This document shows, in pieces, positions 57,613-64,000 of a DNA stretch of 64,000 bases. The notes beneath the pieces are model-generated. The model was not told the origin of the DNA, searched no databases, and worked only from the letters and a program-made list of their open reading frames with translations. Source of the stretch: Candidatus Nanopelagicaceae bacterium (GTDB taxonomy: Bacteria > Actinomycetota > Actinomycetes > Nanopelagicales > Nanopelagicaceae). The stretch is from NCBI GenBank assembly GCA_036752125.1, contig DAIOTH010000001.1:8642-72641 (forward strand), written 5' to 3'. How positions within the stretch are numbered: position 1 is the first letter of the stretch; the number at the start of each line of letters is the position of its first letter. Made by a program: the position numbers and the translations under genes.

Positions 57613-60456
57613 CTAATTGATTGCAAGGCTTTCGATGGGTTCGCAGGCGCAGACCAAGTTCCTATCCCCATACGCACCATCAATTCGTCCGACGGTAGGC
57701 CAATATTTCCCTCTTCGTGTTATTCCGGTTTCCACGCCGGCAGGAAAAGCTGCATCACTGCGCGAATATGGTCGAGACCATTCTGTTTCAAGAACATCTG
57801 CAGCAGTGTGTGGTGCGCGTCGTAACGCAGAATCTTCAACTTTAACTCTTCCAGATTCGATCTCTTCGATTTCCTCTGCAATGGTGAGCATTGCGGAGAT
57901 GAAGCGATCAATCTCAGCAATATCTTCGCTCTCGGTCGGTTCAATCATAAAAGTTCCAGCCACAGGAAAACTCATTGTGGGTGCATGGAAGCCAAAATCC
58001 ATCAGGCGTTTTGCAATGTCATCAACGCTCACACCTGTTCGCTTGGTGATGTCGCGAAGGTCAACGATGCACTCATGTGCAATCAAACCATTCTGCCCGG
58101 TGTAAAGAACTGGATATGCAGGTTGCAACTTCTTTGCAATGTAATTCGCAGAAAGAATTGCGACTTGAGTTGCTCGTGTTAAACCCTCAGCGCCCATCAT
58201 TCTTATATATGCCCATGAAATTGGCAGAATCAGCGCCGAGCCGAATGGAGCCGCGCTAATAGGACCAGGGCCAGTTAGCGGACCAGCGCTTTTATCTAAT
58301 GGATGGTTAGGCAAATAGGGCGCCAAATGTTTTCTTGCAATGACTGGTCCCACTCCTGGTCCCCCGCCGCCATGAGGAATACAGAATGTTTTGTGGAGAT
58401 TGAGATGAGAAACATCGGCTCCAAATTTTCCAGGCTGCGCTAATCCAACAAGTGCATTGAGATTTGCTCCATCAACATAAACCTGTCCACCAGCGTCATG
58501 AATCATCGCGCAGATCGTGGTGATTTCCGCTTCAAAGACCCCGTGCGTGGATGGGTAAGTCACCATGAGTGCGGCGAGCTGAGAGCCATATTCGTGAATC
58601 TTCGCCTTAAGATCATCAAGAGAGACATTTCCATGCTCATCACATGAAATAACAACAACTCGCATACCTGCCATAACTGCACTCGCTGCGTTAGTTCCGT
58701 GGGCGCTAGATGGGATGAGGCAAATATCGCGGCCGCTCTCCCCCTTTGCGTCGAGATAATTCTTAATCGCAAGCAGCCCTGCAAACTCGCCTTGAGATCC
58801 CGCATTGGGCTGGAGCGAAACAGCGTCATAACCGGTGATATCGATAAGCCATTGCGATAACTCACTGATGAGTCGCCGCGTTCCTTGGGTTTGTGAGGCA
58901 GGAGCAAAAGGATGGAGATCAGAAAACTCTGGCCACGTGATGGCCTCCATCTCGGTTGTGGCGTTCAATTTCATGGTGCATGAACCCAGAGGAATCATGG
59001 TTCGATCCAACGCTAAATCTCGATCTGAAAGCGAACGTATATATCTCAACATCGATGTTTCAGAGTGGTAAGAATTGAAGAGTGGATGTTGTAAATACTC
59101 GGATTTTCGCAGAACTGGAATCGCGCCAACTGCATCTGATGCGCTGCGATTGAGCGCCCAAACCTTGCAAAGTTTATCGACCAGCTTCTCGGATGTGCGC
59201 TCATCAAAAGCAACGCTTACTCCCCCATCAACCTTTCGTACATTAATTCCGGCTTTTGCGGCTGCATCTACCAGCGCATCTGCATTTGATGCGAAAAAAG
59301 TTACTGTGTCGAAAAAATTAGGAGAATAAATTTCAAAACCACTATTTTTTAGAGCAGCCGCGAAGTTACGCGCATGCTTATGGATTCGAATCGCAATTTC
59401 TTTGAGTCCATCTGGACCATGCCATGCTGCATAAAATGCGGCGATCACAGCTAGTAAAACTTGAGCTGTGCAGATATTGCTTGTTGCCTTATCTCTGCGG
59501 ATATGTTGTTCACGTGTCTGTAAAGCGAGGCGGAGAGCTGGATTTCCATGACTATCAATACTCTGCCCAACGAGACGACCAGGCAGTGAACGCTCTAAAC
59601 CATTTCGTACCGCAAGAAATCCGGCATGCGGACCACCAAATCCCATTGGCACACCGAAACGTTGCGCGGAACCGACGGCGATATCTGCTCCCCACTCCCC
59701 TGGAGATTTGATGAGAGTTAATGCCAAAAGATCAGTTGCCATCACAACAAAACCTGAATTGCTATGCACCGTGTTTATAACTTCTTCGAAATCTGAGAGA
59801 GTTCCAAAGGTATCTGGATATTGAATCAAAACACCGAAACAATTCGAGAAATCAGATACTGTGCTTAGATCGATAATATCAACCGGAATGTTGAGTGGTT
59901 TTGCACGAGTTGCGACGACCGCTTGAGTCTGGGGATGTACGCGAGAATCAATAAAAAAGCGAGCGTCGTCATTTAGCGTTGAATTGCGTCGAGCTAGAGT
60001 CATTGCCTCAGCTGCAGCTGTGCCTTCATCAAGCATCGATGCGTTACAGATCGGTAAACCGGTCAGATCGCTAACCATAGTTTGAAAAGCAAATAGCGCT
60101 TCAAGTCGCCCTTGGCTAATTTCTGGTTGGTAGGGCGTGTATGCGGTGTACCACGCAGGATTTTCTAAAACATTTCGAAGAACGACTGGAGGCGTGATCG
60201 TGCCGTAGTAGCCCATTCCAATCAACGACTCAGCCGCAACATTTTGATCTGCTAGAGCGCGCAGTTCTGCAATGACATCAACTTCTGAAACAGGATTGGG
60301 CAACTTAGTGCCAAATTTCTCCCGTAATGTAATTGATTCGGGTAGGACCGCTTTAACAAAATCTTCTAAGGATTTATAGCCAAGTTCATGAAGCATGGTC
60401 GCAACTTGATCAACAGAAGGACCAATATGTCGATCTGCGAAGTCCCGCCTTGTCAT
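57613..60456 (-). CDS. gcvP: glycine dehydrogenase (decarboxylating), single-chain P-protein
   Basis: About 947 aa from the ATG at 60456 ([14 protein letters not shown], the conserved N-terminus). PLP-lysine region [19 protein letters not shown]. Confidence 0.95.
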   Translation of the reverse strand: MTRRDFADRHIGPSVDQVATMLHELGYKSLEDFVKAVLPESITLREKFGTKLPNPVSEVDVIAELRALADQNVAAESLIGMGYYGTITPPVVLRNVLENPAWYTAYTPYQPEISQGRLEALFAFQTMVSDLTGLPICNASMLDEGTAAAEAMTLARRNSTLNDDARFFIDSRVHPQTQAVVATRAKPLNIPVDIIDLSTVSDFSNCFGVLIQYPDTFGTLSDFEEVINTVHSNSGFVVMATDLLALTLIKSPGEWGADIAVGSAQRFGVPMGFGGPHAGFLAVRNGLERSLPGRLVGQSIDSHGNPALRLALQTREQHIRRDKATSNICTAQVLLAVIAAFYAAWHGPDGLKEIAIRIHKHARNFAAALKNSGFEIYSPNFFDTVTFFASNADALVDAAAKAGINVRKVDGGVSVAFDERTSEKLVDKLCKVWALNRSASDAVGAIPVLRKSEYLQHPLFNSYHSETSMLRYIRSLSDRDLALDRTMIPLGSCTMKLNATTEMEAITWPEFSDLHPFAPASQTQGTRRLISELSQWLIDITGYDAVSLQPNAGSQGEFAGLLAIKNYLDAKGESGRDICLIPSSAHGTNAASAVMAGMRVVVISCDEHGNVSLDDLKAKIHEYGSQLAALMVTYPSTHGVFEAEITTICAMIHDAGGQVYVDGANLNALVGLAQPGKFGADVSHLNLHKTFCIPHGGGGPGVGPVIARKHLAPYLPNHPLDKSAGPLTGPGPISAAPFGSALILPISWAYIRMMGAEGLTRATQVAILSANYIAKKLQPAYPVLYTGQNGLIAHECIVDLRDITKRTGVSVDDIAKRLMDFGFHAPTMSFPVAGTFMIEPTESEDIAEIDRFISAMLTIAEEIEEIESGRVKVEDSALRRAPHTAADVLETEWSRPYSRSDAAFPAGVETGITRRGKYWPTVGRIDGAYGDRNLVCACEPIESLAIN

Positions 60457-60463
60457 GGCGAGA

Positions 60464-60469
60464 AGAATA
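60464..60469 (-). promoter_or_regulatory. -10 element for leaderless gcvP
   Basis: Minus strand reads TATTCT, then TCTCGCC (7 nt), then the ATG at 60456. Lies in the 28-nt gap after the MerR gene. Confidence 0.35.
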
Positions 60470-60484
60470 AGGGCTAGTTCAGAT

Positions 60485-60997
60485 TTATGCGCCGCGTAAC
60501 TTACGTCGCGCTGCCAGCTCATCGCTCGATGTTTCAGATGTCACAACTGAACCATCGCTGAGGTTTTCGGCTTGGAGATGGGAAAGGGATCCTTCAACCT
60601 CATTCCAGACTTTGCCGATTGCAATTCCAAAAACACCTTGGCCGCCTTGGAGTAAATCGAAGATCTCTTCAGAATTGGTGCATTCGTAAATCGACGCGCC
60701 ATCGCTCATTAAAGTAATACGCGCTAGATCTTCAACGCCTCTTTCGCGTAGATGCGTCACCGCTGAGCGGATATTTTGAAGTGAAACGCCGGTATCAAGT
60801 AGCCGTTTAACAATCTTAAGTACCAAAATGTCTTTAAACCCGTAGAGGCGAGCGCTTCCCGAACCAGTTGCTCCCCTAACAGTTGGCTCGACGAGCCCCG
60901 TGCGTGCCCAGTAATCCAGCTGGCGATAGGTGATCCCCGCCGCGGCGCACGCAGATGCTCCACGGTAACCAAGTTCTATCTCTTGATTTTCTTTCAC
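60485..60997 (-). CDS. MerR-family transcriptional regulator (Rv1830-like position)
   Basis: [29 protein letters not shown], 170 aa. Confidence 0.8.
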   Translation of the reverse strand: MKENQEIELGYRGASACAAAGITYRQLDYWARTGLVEPTVRGATGSGSARLYGFKDILVLKIVKRLLDTGVSLQNIRSAVTHLRERGVEDLARITLMSDGASIYECTNSEEIFDLLQGGQGVFGIAIGKVWNEVEGSLSHLQAENLSDGSVVTSETSSDELAARRKLRGA

Positions 60998-61101
60998 AGG
61001 GAAGCCTCACTTTTCATATCGCCGGGGAGAGCAATAGGAGAACGGTAGAGGCGGGTTCTCATGGATTCAATCACCGACACACTTGAAACCTCAAGTTGAG
61101 G

Positions 61102-61500
61102 TTAATGGTTTCGCCTACGACCTTGTAAACCATATAGGTAAGCGAACCCAAAGCACGTTCCGATGGCGATGTAGACCCATCTCCCCAAAGTCCAATTACC
61201 AGGCGCAGTTAAGGTGAAGAGCGAAAGGGCGAAACATGTAGGAACCATGACCGCCGCGACTTGGCGAAGCGTTCGCTCTGAAGCAAAAGCCGCCACAACA
61301 GGCATCATCGTTGAAACTATCACCAGCACAACGCCCATCATTCTCATCGCCCAAATGAGCTCTGCAGAAACTACCGACTCTTCAGTAACGACACCAAGAA
61401 ATTCCAGAAAGAAATTCGGCTCAATAAGAAGCGCTAAAGCTGACACCGCAAAGATAATCCCGCCAACTCTCAGCACCAATGCGATGCGTCGAGAAAGCAT
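61102..61500 (-). CDS. hypothetical 4-TM membrane protein
   Basis: 132 aa with four hydrophobic segments and a basic C-terminus RRRNH. No recognisable motif. Confidence 0.5.
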   Translation of the reverse strand: MLSRRIALVLRVGGIIFAVSALALLIEPNFFLEFLGVVTEESVVSAELIWAMRMMGVVLVIVSTMMPVVAAFASERTLRQVAAVMVPTCFALSLFTLTAPGNWTLGRWVYIAIGTCFGFAYLYGLQGRRRNH

Positions 61501-61512
61501 TTTTCACGCTAC

Positions 61513-61983
61513 CTATCCGGCAAAATCTTCAGGATTTATTTGATCGAGAAACTCTTTAAATTTCTCAACTTCATCTTCAGATTGGTCTGGAATCTCAATG
61601 CCAGCATCCGACAAAAGGGCTTCACTAGCTAAAATTGGTGCACCAGTGCGAAGTGCCAGTGCAATTGCATCACTCGGCCTTGAGGAGACAGCAACTCCCC
61701 CCTGGAGGTTTAGTACTGAGTAAAAGATTCCTTCACGCAGTTCTGTTAAGTGAATCGAATCAATTGAAACCTGTAGCGAACCTAGAACATCTTTCATTAA
61801 ATCGTGCGTCAGTGGTCTTGGTGGAGTAACCCCTTGTTGAGCAAATGCAATCGCTGTTGCTTCAACTGCTCCGATCCAAATTGGAAGATAACGTTCCCCG
61901 CCGATTTCCTTTAGCAACACGATGGGTTGATTCGAAGGCATTTCAACTCTGACTCCGATTACATCCATCGCATGGAAATTCAT
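61513..61983 (-). CDS. bifunctional nuclease family protein (DUF151)
   Basis: IVLLKEIGGERYLPIWIGAVEATAIA and RPLTHDL motifs. ATGA overlap with the upstream MerR gene. Confidence 0.78.
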   Translation of the reverse strand: MNFHAMDVIGVRVEMPSNQPIVLLKEIGGERYLPIWIGAVEATAIAFAQQGVTPPRPLTHDLMKDVLGSLQVSIDSIHLTELREGIFYSVLNLQGGVAVSSRPSDAIALALRTGAPILASEALLSDAGIEIPDQSEDEVEKFKEFLDQINPEDFAG

Positions 61984-62693
61984 CGCGAACGATTCAAACC
62001 AGAACGAACCAGCGCCGCGTGAAGCCGTACCGAGAGCGATGCAATCTCTCTAGAAACTTCTTGAGCACGAGCTTTGGATTCTGGATTCTTCTGTCGCATC
62101 AACGGAGTAATTACCTGTTCTACGAGACCAACTTCGCGATCTGCAGCGGTTTTAAAGGCTCGTAGATGCCTTCCTTCAATACCAAATGCTGCAATTTCGG
62201 CGACAACTTTGGCTACCGTAAGGGCATCGCCGTCGTAGTGTCTTCCTTTAATCTGAATGAGTCCATAGCCTTCAAGCTCAACTAATTGCTCTTCGGAAAT
62301 TCCACTGCTCGATAGAAGTTCATCGCGCGACAAACGTAATTCGCTCTGTTCGATGAAAGCGCTCGGTGCGAGTGAACCATCGACAGTTGCTAAACGTGGA
62401 GTTGGCGCGGCACCAGGATTCTGAGCTGGTTGTAAACCACGATCGAGAGCATCAAGATTCTCTTTAATTACCTTGAGCGGAAGGTATTGGTCCCGTTGTG
62501 CAAGCAAGACATAGCGCAGGCGTTCTAAATCTGTTGTAGTGAACTTTCGATAACCTGATGGAGTTCTTTGCGGTTCTATCAGTCCTTCTGACTCTAGAAA
62601 CCGAATCTTAGAAATTGTTACATCCGGAAAGTCACCGCGAAGTTTTCCAAGAACCTCACCAATGCTTAAGTAAGCTCGTGCGGGAACGCTCAT
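61980..62693 (-). CDS. MerR-family transcriptional regulator (FtsR/Rv1828-like position)
   Basis: LSIGEVLGKLRGDFPDVTISKIRFLESEGLIEPQRTPSGYRKF HTH. ATGA overlap with garA. Confidence 0.8.
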   Translation of the reverse strand: MSVPARAYLSIGEVLGKLRGDFPDVTISKIRFLESEGLIEPQRTPSGYRKFTTTDLERLRYVLLAQRDQYLPLKVIKENLDALDRGLQPAQNPGAAPTPRLATVDGSLAPSAFIEQSELRLSRDELLSSSGISEEQLVELEGYGLIQIKGRHYDGDALTVAKVVAEIAAFGIEGRHLRAFKTAADREVGLVEQVITPLMRQKNPESKARAQEVSREIASLSVRLHAALVRSGLNRSR

Positions 62694-63130
62694 GCTCGGA
62701 CCTTTCCTCCAATAAAGAAATGAAGACGATATTTTCCAATATTTAATTCCATACCATCGCTGAGTTGCGCGCTCTCTTCGATTTTTCCATCAACATAAGT
62801 TCCGTTGAGACTTCCAAGGTCCTTTATTGAATAATTCTTGCCATTGCAGATAATTTCTGCGTGCTTTCTCGAAACCGTAACATCATCTAAGAAGATTTCG
62901 TTCTCATTGGAACGACCAATTGTTGTCAGACTTGGATTGAGAAGAAATCTTGCTCCTCGCGCCGGGCCACTGAGCGCGATCAACATCGCTGATCCTTCTG
63001 GAAGCGCTGCAATAACATCGCGTTCATTCTGGGTCGCTTTATCTAAAAGAGCAGATACGTGGTCTGAAACAGAGCGCAGCGCCCCAAGGTTGATTGTGGT
63101 GGTCAGATCTCGATCCTTCGCTTGATCCAT
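62690..63130 (-). CDS. garA: FHA-domain regulator GarA/OdhI-like
   Basis: N-terminal Thr cluster (DLTTTINLG). FHA core TIGRSNENEIFLDDVTVSRKHAEI...LGSLNGTYV. ATG at 63130 lies 5 nt after the SD GGGGAG. Confidence 0.85.
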   Translation of the reverse strand: MDQAKDRDLTTTINLGALRSVSDHVSALLDKATQNERDVIAALPEGSAMLIALSGPARGARFLLNPSLTTIGRSNENEIFLDDVTVSRKHAEIICNGKNYSIKDLGSLNGTYVDGKIEESAQLSDGMELNIGKYRLHFFIGGKVRA

Positions 63131-63218
63131 CACCACTCCCCTTCAACGCTAAGTAGAGGGTTCTCTCCGAACCTCACCTTTACCTTGAGGCTCACACTAG
63201 GCGCGGTAGAGGGGTGAG

Positions 63219-63602
63219 TCAAGCCGTCAGAGAACGGTAATCCTCCGCCGAAAGAAGCGCTTCCAGATCGCTATCGCTGGAGATTTCAATTTCAAAGATC
63301 CAGCCCGCGTCGTACGGCGCAGCGTTCATAACTTCTGGATTCGAATCTAAAGCCGAATTTACCTCGGTCACAATTCCCGAGAGTGGTGCATATATTTCCG
63401 AGACGCTTTTTGTAGATTCAACTTCGCCACAAACTTTTCCTTGAGTTAGAACATCGCCGACTTTAGGAAGCTGAATATAGACAATGTCGCCAAGCGCTCC
63501 TTGAGCATAATCAGTAATCCCCACTCGGTACTTTTTCTCTGCGCTCTGCTTCACCCATTCATGCTCTTTTGTGTAGCGAAGATCTCCCGGCACATTAGAC
63601 AT
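63219..63602 (-). CDS. gcvH: glycine cleavage system H protein
   Basis: YTKEHEWV and lipoyl-lysine motif VESTKSVSEIYAP, 127 aa. Confidence 0.94.
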   Translation of the reverse strand: MSNVPGDLRYTKEHEWVKQSAEKKYRVGITDYAQGALGDIVYIQLPKVGDVLTQGKVCGEVESTKSVSEIYAPLSGIVTEVNSALDSNPEVMNAAPYDAGWIFEIEISSDSDLEALLSAEDYRSLTA

Positions 63603-64000
63603 CTACATTCCTTTCAAGCTTTTGAATCCGGCGCGAGCGTAACTCATTCCGGTCCAGAGATATAGCGCAATACCCCAGCATGCAAAGCTCCACCCAAAAA
63701 TGTAGGCGAGATCGGCCGTGACGCCGCTTGTTGAATCGGTCAAGAGTAGAAGTGGTAATGCATAGAGGAGGTTGAAGGTCGCTGCTTTGCCGAGGTAGGT
63801 AACTGTAAACGGAGGAATCCCTCTTTTTTTCATAGCTAATAGCAAAAGCCCCAGCGCAATATCTCGAAATACAATTAAAACGAGCACCCAGATCGGGAGA
63901 GCTTGGGTTGCATACATCGCAATAAGCACGGTGATGATGTAGAGACGATCCACGGCAGGATCCATCAACTCACCTAATCGGCTCTCTTGCTTGAGAGCTC
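63603..64000 (-). CDS. CDP-alcohol phosphatidyltransferase (PgsA-like), 5' end outside window
   Basis: The frame stays open to the window edge. ...GELMDPAVDRL supplies the G-x3-D-x3-D end of the CDP-alcohol phosphatidyltransferase signature. The stop abuts the gcvH start. Confidence 0.65.
   Translation of the reverse strand, partial: ALKQESRLGELMDPAVDRLYIITVLIAMYATQALPIWVLVLIVFRDIALGLLLLAMKKRGIPPFTVTYLGKAATFNLLYALPLLLLTDSTSGVTADLAYIFGWSFACWGIALYLWTGMSYARAGFKSLKGM

Noticed and set aside
57617-58105. 162-aa ORF antisense to the 3' end of gcvP.
   Set aside because: Shadow ORF within a highly conserved gene. No recognisable domain, no promoter-like element and no SD.
61058-61079. Exact TGTCGGTG on the minus strand, matching the core of the PafBC-dependent RecA-NDp promoter motif (TGTCGGTG-N8-TANNNT).
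   Set aside because: After the required 8-nt spacer the hexamer is CATGAG, not TANNNT. The 8-mer instead abuts a conventional TTGAAT -35-like box. A single 8-mer match may be chance, but it is worth re-checking if PafBC DAP-seq data become available.
60998-61101. Possible glycine riboswitch upstream of the MerR-gcvP unit. The plus strand shows CGGGGAGAGC...CACCGACAC.
   Set aside because: The GGAGAG-like and CACCG-like pieces are on the wrong (non-coding) strand. They lack the CCGAAGG(G/A)GCAA core. The coding strand has none of the aptamer signatures.
1-64000. Looked for CRISPR repeats, IS or transposase, integrase, phage, toxin-antitoxin or restriction-type genes, and for rRNA or large structured ncRNAs.
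   Set aside because: No spaced direct repeats were seen. No ORF has recombinase, transposase or nuclease-defence motifs. No non-coding gap exceeds about 112 nt, and the window is continuous conserved core synteny.

Overview
Compact actinobacterial core-genome segment, roughly 95% coding and about 45-48% GC by eye. I call about 66 CDS, one tRNA-Leu(GAG) and one clear bidirectional intrinsic terminator. I saw no rRNA, CRISPR array, transposase, integrase or recognisable defence island. Gene order follows three conserved actinobacterial blocks: (1) alaS-ruvX-mltG-aroE / aroCKBQ-efp-nusB / bldD / pyrR-pyrB-pyrC-carAB-pyrKD-pyrF-mihF-gmk-rpoZ-coaBC-metK-priA-def-fmt-rsmB-rpe; (2) histidine phosphatase-DUF3090-SCO1664-mshC / PAC2 / metH-HAD-trmI / pafBC-tatAC-lipid kinase-helY-exonuclease-lnt; (3) gcvP-MerR-membrane protein-nuclease-MerR-garA-gcvH-pgsA. 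A nucleobase/nucleoside salvage cluster (ung, NCS2 permease, tdk, apt) lies between blocks 1 and 2. The low GC, about 15 ATGA/GTGA stop-start overlaps and overlapping convergent gene ends suggest a genome-streamlined planktonic actinobacterium such as the acI/Nanopelagicales type; this is inference only. The most interesting observations are these: the whole Pup-proteasome module is missing from its conserved slot while pafBC and PAC2 remain; an uncharacterised phosphatase-DUF3090-atypical kinase trio abuts mshC; TANNNT sits 6-7 nt upstream of the start codon at most operon-leading genes, implying leaderless mRNAs, many with a C-rich CGCC spacer; BldD carries an intact c-di-GMP-binding signature; PriA has degenerate ATPase motifs; SerB is split into ACT and HAD ORFs. 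I found no clearly novel multi-gene system such as a defence or mobile cassette. All family assignments come from reading the translations, not from searches.
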